Assembly: GCF_001194135.2 (NCBI RefSeq)
Contig: NC_068983.1
Coordinates: 37,285,289 to 37,338,523 of the forward strand
Length of the DNA stretch: 53,235 nt
Reading direction: 5' to 3'
From: Octopus bimaculoides
Lineage: Eukaryota
The notes under the pieces were generated by a model that made no database searches, was not told where the DNA came from, and worked only from the letters and a program-made list of their open reading frames with translations. This document shows, in pieces, positions 1-11,274 of this stretch (within the stretch, counting starts at the first letter, position 1; every line of letters begins with the position of its first letter). The position numbers and the translations under genes were made by a program.

Positions 1-138
1 TAGTGTGTAAAATATAATTGTATACACCTGTATTACTCACCTAGTGTGTAAAATATAATTGTATACACCTGTATTACTCACCTAGTGTGTAAAATATAAT
101 TGTATACACCTGTATTACTCACCTAGTGTGTAAAATAT
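1..138. repeat. 41-bp tandem repeat, about 3.4 near-perfect copies (may continue left of window)
   Basis: Unit TAGTGTGTAAAATATAATTGTATACACCTGTATTACTCACC starts at 1, 42, 83 and 124 (partial). Confidence 0.95.
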
Positions 139-178
139 GAAATCCAATTCAAAGTTGGTTGTAAATGTGGACATTTCT
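123..178 (-). other. Candidate 56-nt exon (one open frame: EMSTFTTNFELDFIFYTL)
   Basis: Minus strand: acattctcctgcAG acceptor and CTAG/GTGAGT donor; no homology recognised. Confidence 0.2.
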
Positions 179-403
179 CTGCAGGAGAATGTCTTGCAGA
201 GCCATCACAAGTGAAAGGTGAAAGACTGTACAAAGTTGACAGATATCATGTTGACCAGGAGCTATTGCAGTTCAAGATGGAGCAAAACTCACAAGCTGTC
301 TGATTTATAGCAATATCATTTACATTTCAGATGTTGGTCTCTCAGAAGTACTGTGATGAAGTAAGGTTTAGAAGCACCCTTCCAAATGTTATTCTGTTTC
401 TGT

Positions 404-950
404 TGTCATCATCCTCGTTGTCATCATCGTCATTGTTATCATCATCATCATCATTGTCGTCATCATCGTTGTCATCATTGTCATATATATGTTCAATTTT
501 CCATGCTAGCATGGAGTGGACAGAGATAATTGAGGTGGAACTTCTATGGCCAGATGCCCTTCCTGTCATCATCCCTTACCTGTTTTCAAGCAAGATAATA
601 TTTTCCCATGGCTACACACACTTCCATAGAATATTGGAAATGAATGACACTGCTTATATGACAGTGACACTCATTTACAACTATCATGCAATGTCAAGAC
701 AAAGGAACACAAATACTTACACATTCACACCTAGATACACACACAAACATACACATCATGTGTACACATACACATATATATACAACAAGCTTCTTTCGGT
801 TTCCATCTACTAAATTCACTCACAAAGCTTTGGTCAGCCTGGAGCTATTATAGAAGGTACTTGCCCAAGGTGCCATGCAGTGGGATTGAGCCTAGAACCA
901 TGTGGTTGGGAAGCAAACTCCTCAGTCACACAGCCACAGCTGCACCTAAA
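404..950 (-). mobile_element. tRNA-derived SINE, family B, with (GAT/GAC)n tail
   Basis: Minus-strand head with degenerate A/B boxes, CCTTGGGCAAG core-like motif, GGAAGGGCATC motif and GAT-type tail; many paralogues in window. Confidence 0.8.
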
Positions 951-1650
951 TTGTAAATACAATCTTTAAATTAAACACCATGTCAACATTGCAAAGGAAA
1001 GCAGTGAAGTGTGTGGTTGAAGAAATGAATTTATTTTATGTTGAGGTAGAGTCATTCACGGTCATTAACCAAAAAAAAAAAAAAGAAGAAGAAGAAGACA
1101 AAGGTAAAAAGAAGCTAGGTAATAGTCAATTACTATGAAATTAATTTCACACTTACTGTAAAGAAAAGAAATAAAGCAATATTGCAACTAAAACTAGACA
1201 GAGAATTGGAAAATTAAATGACAATTACTTGACTGAGCAATACTTGATTAAGCAGTAAACTTCAACAATAGAAAGTTAAAGTTGGTTAGGTCGTTAAAGT
1301 GCCAATTTACATACTGAACAGGTAACAGTTTATATTATAGCAAAGTGTTTGATTGGTTCAAATATGTTTGGCACATTCTTCAGCTGTAAAAGTGCCATTT
1401 CAAATGTGCTTTGACATGGAGAAATATACTTGCTCTAGGCAAAAAGGTGTAAAACATTGAAGTCATTTTGTAGTACCTACTATGAACTAATATATGCATT
1501 TCAAGCTACCTATACTTTCAAAAGTATTAAATACCATGCAGGACAACTATGAAATGAATGGAAGCTTTTGCATCCTTACAAGAAATCAGTAGAAATTATC
1601 CACATACAGAGTGCTGCAGCTGCCATGTCAAAATACAGCACATATGTTGT

Positions 1651-1925
1651 GAAACTTTTCAATCAGTCCAAATATGTTTGGGATAAATTTAACCTGTAAA
1701 AAGGACATTTTCAATGTGGTTTGCCATGGAGAAATATACTTACTTTAGGCATAGGTATCTTGAAATGCATATACTCATCCATAGGTAGCAATACAAAATG
1801 GCTGTGATTTTATACACTTTTTCTTAAAGTGAAAATTTTTCTCCATGGCAAAATCACTATAAAAATGGGTTTTTTTTTACAAGTAAAATATATCCCAGAC
1901 ATATTTTAACTGATTGAAAATTTCC
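1651..1925. repeat. Imperfect inverted repeat (about 85-bp arms, 100-bp spacer), probable old fold-back MITE
   Basis: About 1651-1733 (TTTTCAATCAGT...TTGCCATGGAGAAA) matches the reverse complement of about 1838-1925; a related direct copy lies at about 1360-1440. Confidence 0.6.
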
Positions 1926-2123
1926 ATTTATTGACAACACTGCTTTGCATGCAAACCATGTCTCATATCAAAGGTTTTTGTTTAACCTTCAAGCAGACAT
2001 GTGATCAAAAACATATAATCAAGCAGACATTTAACAGAAGACTTTTCCATTCTTGTCCATCCTCTCTTTTGCCTCAGTTATATGCATGAAGGACTGCATA
2101 AGCCCATGTGTCTTTTTTTTTAA

Positions 2124-2710
2124 CCTTTTAGCATTCAGATCAATGTAAAATTTATCTATTCTCATTGTTTTGAATTAACCATGGATCATCTTTTAGCTTC
2201 AAGATTTCAATGATATCACCATCATCATCGTTTAATGTCCGCTTTCCATGCTAGCATGGGTTGGACAATTTGACTGAGGACTGGCAAACCAGATGGCTGC
2301 ACCAGGCTCCAATCTGATCTGGCAGAGTTTCTACAGTTGGATGCCCTTCCTAACGCCAACCACTCCTAGAGTGTAGTGGGTGCTTTTATGTGCCACCAGC
2401 ACGAGGGCCAGCCTGGCAGTACTAGCAATGGCCACACTCAAATGGTGTTTTTTACGTTCCACCTGCAAAGGAGTCAGTCCAGTGGTACTGCCAACGACCT
2501 CGCTCGAATGGTTTGTTCACGTGCCAGTAAGGCGACGCTGGTAACAGTCACGCTCAAATGGTACTTTTTATGTGCCACCGGCATGGAAGCCAGACAGCTG
2601 TGATTGTATATTTTTACAATGATATTGTAGGGTAGGTGTGAGAGGCAAGATCTGGCCAGTTTTAAGATAAAACAGGTAGAACAGTTGGGCTAGATGTGGC
2701 TGGTTTAAAT
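2124..2710. mobile_element. TTAA/piggyBac-like MITE interrupted by a family A repeat
   Basis: Starts TTAA-CCTTTTAGCATTCAGA; colinear with intact copy 48484-48703 on both sides of the 2215-2600 insertion. Confidence 0.75.
2215..2600 (-). mobile_element. Family A repeat (RTE-like 3' UTR, (GAT)n tail)
   Basis: Minus: TTGGCGTTAGGAAGGGCATCC...CCAACCCATGCTAGCATGGAAAGCGGACATTAAAC(GAT)n; about 14 copies in window. Confidence 0.85.
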
Positions 2711-2764
2711 GTCTGTGTGCACACGCATGTGTGTGTGTGTATATATGTGTGTGTAAGAGTGTAT

Positions 2765-2990
2765 ACATGTGTTTGTGCCACTTGTCTTGACATCAAGTGA
2801 TAATTGCAGACAGGTGTCATCATCATACAAACAGTGTCATTTGTTTTCAATCTAACATGAAAACATGTCTGGCCATAAGGAAATATTATTACCTTGCTTG
2901 TAAATAAAGGGTTGATGTCATGAGGAGCATCCAGCCATAGAAAATCTGCCTCACTGAATTCCATCTGATCAATGCAAACATGGAAAATTA

Positions 2991-3030
<40 letters not shown>
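2765..3030 (+). mobile_element. Family B SINE 3' half with (GAT)n tail
   Basis: Reverse-complement similarity to 490-720; tail 2990-3030. Confidence 0.7.
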
Positions 3031-4133
3031 CTACTGCTGCCACCACCACAGCTGCCACTGCCAATAACGACAATAGCAATGATGACAATGACGATAGCAA
3101 TGTTGGTGACGGTGACGACAACGATGACGACGATGATGAATACCACTTTTCCTGCCTCCTCAATTTTCTGCACAGAGGCATCATCTCCATATAACCAAGG
3201 CACCTCATTCCAGAAACACACTGCTTTTATAAGCAGGATCTTAAAACCATTCATAAAAAGGGAATGAAAGCTTAGTTTCCTTTCAAACAACCCAAGATAC
3301 ATAACAAGGAAATAATCTTGTTTGTATCTGTAACCATTATTTTCTATCTTTCTGCTTGTTTTGTTTCATTTTGAAAAATAAAAATTTATCCTCCGGTTTA
3401 TTATTGGTTATATTTTGAATTACATATATGTATATGGGGGCATCAAGATCTTTTAAGTGGTTAGGGCCTCTATGGGTCTTAATCCAGTCCTGGTAATTAC
3501 TTCAAACCACAATATAAACCCTCATTGATTTTGTCCCTCATCATCTGACTAATAAAGAAACAAAGAAACAATATTCAGCTTTCCCATTCTTTCTAATCAT
3601 TTATCATAGTCTATCATCAAATAGTGTTACCATAGCAATCATGGCGTTATTTTAATTGTATTTCAATGTCTAGACAATTGGCCAGAGGATTTAACATCAC
3701 TGACTAAATACTTTATGCATAATAAACGTTGTTATGTCTCGTCTTCAGGTACCATGTTTGAAAGCTCAATAATATTTATTGTAGTACAAGGTTTCAATAA
3801 ATGTTTTCTCCACAGTACCTTGTTTTGGTGGATAGATTATTATGTATACACTAGCTGATCACATGATGTCAATAACGACGGCTAATTGCAGTATTTTATA
3901 TATATACATAAGGTACAAAATATGCTACGTAATAATCATACATACAAACATTCACATACTTCCCTTGTACATGCAAACATACACACATATACTCACAAAG
4001 AGTTGAAATGGTGATTTTTTTTTTTCAGCCCTTCCTTTCTCTCACTCCCTCTCAGTCAGGGCTATTACTCCCACTACTTCTCCTTCATTGAATTACTATT
4101 TTCTCTCCTCCTCTATGTCTGGCATGATTCTGG

Positions 4134-4172
<39 letters not shown>

Positions 4173-4176
<4 letters not shown>

Positions 4177-4282
4177 CAAAAGGTGTAAAACATTGAAGTC
4201 ATTTTGTAGCACCTACTATGAACTAATATATACATTTCAAGTTACCTATGCTTTCAAAAGTATTAAATACCATGCAAGACAA

Positions 4283-4286
<4 letters not shown>
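4173..4286 (+). repeat. 114-bp direct duplicate of 1436-1550, embedded in (TA)n
   Basis: 5 substitutions and 1 indel versus 1436-1550. Confidence 0.9.
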
Positions 4287-4321
<35 letters not shown>

Positions 4322-5264
4322 AATATATATACACAAATATATAAAAACATTATGTTCGTTATAATATTAGGAGATACATGGTATGTCTTGCCTGAAGATG
4401 ATCTCATAGGTTTGCTTTGTTTTAAAGGTAAACTCCCACATATAAAGGTCAAGAAGATGTAGGATAAAGTATGACAGTCATGTCTTTCTCAAAGGCATTA
4501 CATGAGTAAGCACAGTTAAAAAGAATTATAATCAGGGGATAAAAATTTACAGGGTCCCTAAGTTTGTCAGGAGCTTACTTCTTACTCTACTGCACTTATT
4601 CCCTGACATAGTGATACAAAATATAGATAACAATGAAGTTGATGTGACGAACAATCTAATTCATGACATCATTGTCATCATCATTTTGACATCTGCTTTT
4701 CCATGGGTCAGATGGGACTGCTGTCTGAAATGTTATCTTGCCGTAGCAAACAGCTCTGTCCCAGCAGACACCAACCTTCATCTGTCTCCTAGCAAGGCTA
4801 TATAATCTACTAGTTCATCGAACAACAAACAGCTTGGACATTGTAATGCAGAGAACTGGAAACAAATGACACAGTTTGAACAACCAATGAATACACACTA
4901 AGATGAGGGTAAATACAAACTACACAAAGACGCATACACAAATCGACACACATGCACACACACACACAATCACTCACATGCACAGATACACAAATCCACA
5001 TACACATACATGCACACACATATATATATATATATACATACTCATACCTTAGCACTTTGGGCAAGTGTCTTTAATTTAGCCTCAGGCTGACCAAAGCCTT
5101 GTGAGTGGACTTGGCAGATAGAAACTGTTGTGTGTGTGTGTGTGTGTGTGCGCGCGCGCGCGTGTGTGTGTATGTGTCTCCTTGTGTGTGTGTGTGTATG
5201 TGTGTGTGTGCGTGCACGGGTGTGTTTATACATGTATGCCAGGTTGCTCTTAGTGCTACTAGTA

Positions 5265-5445
5265 ACTCATAGTCCAGTATAACCTGTCACATAGTCAGGC
5301 TGTTGGCCACTAAACCAGCAATCCTGTCAAGGCTGCTTGACAAGAAAAGTGGCTTTTGCTGGACATCCTGCAAGACAAAACAACAAACCTTGGCAAAGGG
5401 TAGATAAACTTTGATCAGCTAATGGCCATCTAACAGCTGTAAATC
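5265..5445 (+). mobile_element. Conserved ~180-bp segment, possible 5' end of an R4/Dong LINE
   Basis: Homologous to reverse complement of 8340-8550 (CAGGTYGCTCTT...CCAGTAYAACCT...GGCCATCTAAC); lies upstream of the R4/Dong remnant. Confidence 0.4.
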
Positions 5446-6329
5446 CACCAAGAGTGATGGACCCCAGCTATTGTCACAGCATCCTTTTAGGAGAGGGACA
5501 TTGTTGTATTATAAAACTGTACATCCCTCCTAGTAAAAAGTGGTAGTAACCAGCCATTATATGTAGACCAGTAGCCAATCGACAGGAGAAGGTCGACAGT
5601 ATGTGAAAACTGTGTCTGTGCTGATACAGTAATTATACTGTGATACTAAGTTGGACATTATAAGCTCCAACCTTTTCAGGATAATTACACTGTATGAATG
5701 GGGATCATACAGTGCCAGATAGAACCATTCTATCGATGACTTCAGAATATGACTATATCTGTCCAAGCAACAACCGTGTTCAAAAGACAGATACAAAAGT
5801 GGCAAAAGACCGCTTTACAACAGACACTCTGATGTAAAACCTGCAGTTTCACATGATTACTAGTCATCTCACTTCAGCTTGTCACTAGGTACTAATTCCA
5901 CTCAGAGAAAGGTACTCGTACTATACAAGCCTTTATCATCATAATCCAATGATATACAGATGTCTCTCTTGGGTGACCTCATTTGTGATTCTATTTACTG
6001 AAAGCACTATGGTGATGGTAGAGTGGTGACATATGCAGACCTAATGAGTGAGAAGGTTAAACATTTGATGAAACTTTGATTGGGGAACTTCATATCACAA
6101 AGTGGCCTGATCAATCTAGTGAAAGTTTTACAAATTTTGCCTGATATTTAAGCATCAAACCATGCAGATCTGCACAGTGAGTCTGAACAGTCCTCTGAAG
6201 TCATGGAGAGAAAGTCAGATATGTTGTTGACAATGAAGACACACAAGGATACAGTATCTGTGAAGATGGGGCAATCACCATGTATGTCTGTATTTCTGTG
6301 TACATACATACATACATACATACATACAT

Positions 6330-7120
6330 ACATACATACTGTAAGCCAGACTCACAACAGCTTCATCAATGACTTGACTGTTTCCCCTCTATCTTATGAG
6401 GAATATTACAGGTATCTAGGGATGGATGGAAGCATGTTTTACAATGGTGCCTGTAACAAAACATGTGTCACTAAAGACTGTTACAGCCAAATAAAGAAAA
6501 TTTGGATCTCAGAGCTCTCTGAGTTCTGTGGCCCACAATGTGTTTGCAGTGCCAGTACTCGTACCAACATTTGGGCTGCTTGATTGGATGCTTGATGAGA
6601 TCCAAGCCATTGATGTGAAAACCCAGAAAATACTAACAAGCACATATAATTTCCATATAAACAATGTTGTAGACTGCCTCTACCTAAAATGAGAACATGG
6701 TGGCAGAAGAGTAACAGCAATCCAAAATACTTTTGAATGTCATATCATATCCCTTCAGCAACATCTTTTAACCACCAAGTGTTGAAGTGCATCGCTTGAC
6801 CAAGTTTGCATACATGAGGCTGATAACATCATAAGACTTTGAAAGCAACTCCTTGAAAGAGCATTCCTTGTCTGATAACTTTAAATACATGCCCAAAGAA
6901 GTCACATGACTCTGCTGTAACATATCATCAGATGAAAAGATGAGCCTATATGAGCAGAAGGCCATGCATGGATATGTTAGTAGAAAGCTCCGAGATGGTA
7001 GTAACATTGATCATCAAAGCAGTCTATCATGGATCAATAACTGGATTACTAACTCCCACTTTGAAAGGTATGCATTTGCAATCCAGGAACAGGAAATATC
7101 AACCAAATACCTGATGCACT
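6330..7120 (+). mobile_element. Degenerate R4/Dong non-LTR retrotransposon (RT C-terminal and thumb region)
   Basis: With frameshifts and stops reads YRYLG...KIWISELS...AHNVFAVPVLVPTFGLLDW...IDVKTQKILT...LYLK*EHGGR...KAMHGY...FAIQEQEISTKY, typical of R4/Dong ORFs. Confidence 0.8.
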
Positions 7121-7599
7121 GAACCCAGAACCATGTGTTTGGGAAGCAAGTTTCTTACCACACAGCCATGTGTGTACATAGATTTTCATGTTCCACTTTG
7201 CTTCCAATATGGTAGTTAAGTGAGTACCATATTTAGTTGCTTAGTAGTTTTGCTAGTTATGAAATACAGATCAAATATAGAAGAGATAATGATAGACACA
7301 TGTTTATACTATTAGTTCCTATGCATGTTTTACCTTTATGGTCATTTGGAATTCTGCATCCAAGTTTAATTGGATACTTAACCAGAACTGATCATAAGGG
7401 AAAACTTTAATGAATTAACTTACAGAGAACTAATGTCATTAGGTCTCCATAACTTAATGCATTAAAGTGTCCCTGATGATCCATTCTGGTTAAGCATCCA
7501 AAAGCACCTGAAGTATCCAATGCAGAGTTCAAAGTAACCACAATGGTGAAACAAGCATAAGAACTAATAATAGAAATTATTATTATTATTATTATTTAT

Positions 7600-7665
7600 C
7601 CAAGGCACTGCCTGGAATTGAACTCGGAATCTTGGCATTAGTAGCCTGCGCTCTTAACCACTATG
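7600..7665 (-). mobile_element. tRNA-like Pol III head followed by (AAT)n
   Basis: Minus: A-box-like TAGTGGTTAAG (7663-7653), B-box GAGTTCAATTCC (7625-7614), then (AAT)n to about 7575. Confidence 0.7.
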
Positions 7666-7770
7666 TTTTGGCTGATTTACTCTCCAGCCTCTATCAGGTG
7701 TCCTGGAGGAATTTTGAACCCAATCCTGGGTTTTCATTTGTAAGTTATTTTTTTACTGATATTATTATTA
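7663..7770 (-). mobile_element. Decayed copy of the hammerhead-bearing PLE terminal segment
   Basis: Aligns to 52660-52770; minus GACAC-CTGATAGA-GGCTG-GAGAGTAAAT-CAGCC-AAAAC, helix II intact, core mutated. Confidence 0.75.
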
Positions 7771-7789
7771 TCATTTATCCTTGGGACCA

Positions 7790-7930
7790 GCCCGTCTGGT
7801 CCTGTTCGCAGGCTTCCTATGGCAAGCTGCCAGAACTCCAGTTTGTCATAGTCTGCCTTTATAGCCATCTTGCATGGCATTGCCCTCATCTGCCTTCACT
7901 AGGAACAGATCTGCCATTGGGGACTTGCAA
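7790..7930 (-). pseudogene. Possible degenerate PLE RT N-terminal fragment
   Basis: LVKADEGNA then, after a frameshift, MAIKADYDKL resembles LPADKGNATVVMNKSDYSEKL at 52.84 kb. Confidence 0.4.
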
Positions 7931-8339
7931 TACCAGAGCTCTGTTGGCCACGTTTTCAAGATTCGAGTTCTAAGTATATATATAAAAGTAAATATATACA
8001 TATATATATATATATANNNNNNNNNNNNNNNNNNNNNNNNNNNNNNNNNNNNNNNNNNNNNNNNNNNNNNNNNNNNNNNNNNNNNNNNNNNNNNNNNNNN
8101 NNNNNNNNNNNNNNNNNNNNNNNNNNNNNNNNNNNNNNNNNNNNNNNNNNNNNNNNNNNNNNNNNNNNNNNNNNNNNNNNNNNNNNNNNNNNNNNNNNNN
8201 NNNNNNNNNNNNNNNNNNNNNNNNNNNNNNNNNNNNNNAAAAATTAAAAAAAGGTGTGATGTGTGACATAAAATAATATATATAGAGAGAGAGAGCAAAA
8301 ATATACATATACACATATGAAAAAAAAAAAGGTATATAC

Positions 8340-8547
8340 ATATTTACAGACATTTTGTTAGATGGCCTTTGACTGTTCAGGAGTTCATCTGCCCTTTGAC
8401 AGGTCTTATTTTTCATCCTGCAGAGTGCCCAACAACACCCTCCTCACCAAGCAAGCCTGGTGGGGTTGCCAGTTTAGTCACCGATGAACTAACCATGCGA
8501 TAGGTTGTACTGGATTACATGTTACCAGTAATACTCAAGAGCGACCT

Positions 8548-8550
<3 letters not shown>
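8340..8550 (-). mobile_element. Second copy of the 5265-5445 segment
   Basis: Colinear similarity on the opposite strand. Confidence 0.5.
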
Positions 8551-8591
<41 letters not shown>

Positions 8592-8616
8592 AATATATGG
8601 ATGTATACATGTGTTG

Positions 8617-8812
8617 TCATCTTCATCATCACGATCATTTAACATCCGTTTTCCATGCTAGCATAGGTTGGATGGTTTGACTAGAGCTGGTAAAGCTAGG
8701 GGCTACACTGGGCTCCATTGTCTCTTCCGGCATGGTTTCTATAGCTGAATGCCCTTCCTAATGCCAACCGCTCCACAGAGTGTACTGGGTGCCTTCTATG
8801 TGGTACCAGTAC
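8617..8812 (-). mobile_element. Family A repeat (variant)
   Basis: TTCCATGCTAGCAT...GCCCTTCCTAATGCCAACC motif set. Confidence 0.75.
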
Positions 8813-9488
8813 CAATATCAATTGTATCTATGCAGCTATCTCTACATGGATGTGTAAGTATGAATGTCTGTGGGCACTTATGTGTGTTTGTGTGTGTGTG
8901 TATGTGTGGGTGTGCGCACGCATGTGTATGTATGCATATGTGTGCGCCTGTGTATCTGTTTACATTTGAACTTTCCCAACATATTCACAATCACAAATAA
9001 ACACACACATTTAAACACCCCTCCCCCACACACAATAGATAGATTTAGGCTAAATGCAAGAGCAAAAGCGAATTAATGGAAGTTTTTACCTGTATCTGAA
9101 TATATTGATAGAATTGCATGAACAGAGCTGCTATATATATATATATATATATANNNNNNNNNNNNNNNNNNNNNNNNNNNNNNNNNNNNNNNNNNNNNNN
9201 NNNNNNNNNNNNNNNNNNNNNNNNNNNNNNNNNNNNNNNNNNNNNNNNNNNNNNNNNNNNNNNNNNNNNNNNNNNNNNNNNNNNNNNNNNNNNNNNNNNN
9301 NNNNNNNNNNNNNNNNNNNNNNNNNNNNNNNNNNNNNNNNNNNNNNNNNNNNNNNNNNNNNNNNNNNNNNNNNNNNNNNNNNNNNNNNNNNNNNNNNNNN
9401 NNNNNNNNNNNNNNNNNNNNNNNNNNNNNNNNNNNNNNNNNNNNNNNNNNNNNNNNNNNNNNNNNNNNNNNNNNNNNNNNNNNNNNNN

Positions 9489-9573
<85 letters not shown>

Positions 9574-9869
9574 ACACGTATATAGAGGTGTGTCTATCGT
9601 TAGCTGAGTTGTTAAAGGAAATATATAATCAGGATTATTTTGGTATTTAACTAGATTATTCTGATTGATATATAATTCCTTAAAACCTATAAAACCTTGC
9701 TATGCATTCCTACCTGTTGGCGCCAATTCAGCTTAATCTCATCCATGACATCATCATCACCATCATTATCATTATCATTGCCATGATGATGATGATGATG
9801 ATGATGATTATAATCATCATCGTCATTATCATATTCATCTTCATCATAGTTGTTGTCGTTTCAAAATAC

Positions 9870-10090
9870 ATTTTTCTATGCTTGAATGGGTCAAATGGAA
9901 TTTGTATATCAGATTTTCTATGGCAGGATGTCCTTCATATTGTCAAGCAAGCTAATGTTTCTCCATCGTGTGACATGTTTTCATGGAAAATTGGTATTGA
10001 AGGAATTTGCATGCATGATGGTGATGCTTGTATACAAATATCCCCCAATGTCAAGGCAAAGAGATACAAGCATGCAACCCTTCCTACATA
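9870..10090 (-). mobile_element. Family B SINE 3' half (diverged)
   Basis: Similar to 490-720. Confidence 0.6.
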
Positions 10091-10105
10091 AACACACACA
10101 TATGC

Positions 10106-10175
<70 letters not shown>

Positions 10176-10424
10176 TTGTGTGTGTATATATACATACACA
10201 CACACATGCATAGAAATATATGTGTATGTGTGTGTGTGTGCGTGTGTGCGTGTTTATGTTCAGTTATAATAAAAACAAATTTATATTAATCTGATGGGCT
10301 ACTCTATACTTCCTTAGAGTTTTTATTTTTAAATATTATTGACAGTGACTTCGAAGTTTTGGTTAGCTTTGTAGTCATGGTTGTTGTCGATGCCATATAA
10401 ACAACACCTGTGAATCATTGTCGT

Positions 10425-10669
10425 GGTCATTCACTGCTGGTGCCATGTAAATGGCACCCATGCCAGTGACATATAAAATGCACCCATTACACTCTTGGAG
10501 TATAGCCACTACACTTTTGGAGTATAGCCACTACACTCTTGGAGTGGTTGGCATTAGGAAGGGCATCCAGCTGTAGAAACCATGCCAAATCAGATTGGAA
10601 CCTGATGCAGCTCTCTGGCTCATCAGCTCCAGTCAAACTTGGCGAGCAGATGTTAAATGATGATGATGA
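10425..10669 (+). mobile_element. Family A repeat with internal 22-bp x3 tandem
   Basis: GGAGTGGTTGGCATTAGGAAGGGCATCCAGCTGTAGAAAC...GTTAAATGATGATGATG; ACTCTTGGAGTATAGCCACTAC repeated at about 10490-10544. Confidence 0.85.
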
Positions 10670-10677
10670 CATATATA

Positions 10678-10716
<39 letters not shown>

Positions 10717-10719
<3 letters not shown>

Positions 10720-11142
10720 TAGTGTGTTATGAGAATTTATGGAAAGGTGTTCCATAGAAACTCAACAAGTATGTTAAAAAATGGAGATGTTAAAATTTAA
10801 AAGAATTTTAATACATGCATACAATCATTTCAAACAGCGATATTAACATGTAAATAACATAGCAGAATAATTAAAATTAATTTGATTAAATTAAATTAAT
10901 TACATATCACTGTTCTCCTCAATGCAAGTATACAACAGGAATTATTATTATTATATAATTCCTGTTGTATACTTCTTGCATTGAGGAGAACAGTTATTTA
11001 CATGTTAATATCGCTGTTCAAAACGATCATATGCATGTATTAAAATTATTTTAAATTTTAACATCTTCTCTTCTCCATTTTTTAACATACTTGTTGAATT
11101 TCTATGGGATATCTTTCCATAAATTCTCATAACACACTATAT
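10717..11142. mobile_element. 426-bp fold-back palindrome (MITE-like) beside a (TA)n tract
   Basis: Termini ATATAGTGTGTTATGAGAATTTATGGAAAG and CTTTCCATAAATTCTCATAACACACTATAT; 9-nt centre loop 10946-10954; ~48-bp indel in the left arm. Confidence 0.9.
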
Positions 11143-11274
11143 AAATGTAATAGTTTCATATTCACAAACATCTTACGCCAGTAAGTTACCAGTAAAATAT
11201 GAAGAATCTTTGTTAGAAATCACCCTTTAGAATCCTCCAGAGTAAAGAATGAAATATAATTCAACCTCTCTACA

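Noticed and set aside
137-303. Plus-strand open frame YEIQFKVGCKCGHFSAGECLAEPSQVKGERLYKVDRYH...
   Set aside because: About 55 codons, no start or recognisable family; overlaps the alternative minus-strand exon candidate
7470-7555. CTGATGA motif as another hammerhead
   Set aside because: No helix II followed by GAAA at a usable distance; the same applies to CTGATGA at about 14660 and 19139
10540-10580. GGAGTGGTTGGCRTTAGGAAGGGCATCC motif of family A as a twister ribozyme
   Set aside because: Resembles sequence I recall downstream of RTE-linked twisters, but the conserved twister P4 and pseudoknot nucleotides (GUCCCAAGCCC-like) are absent in every copy here
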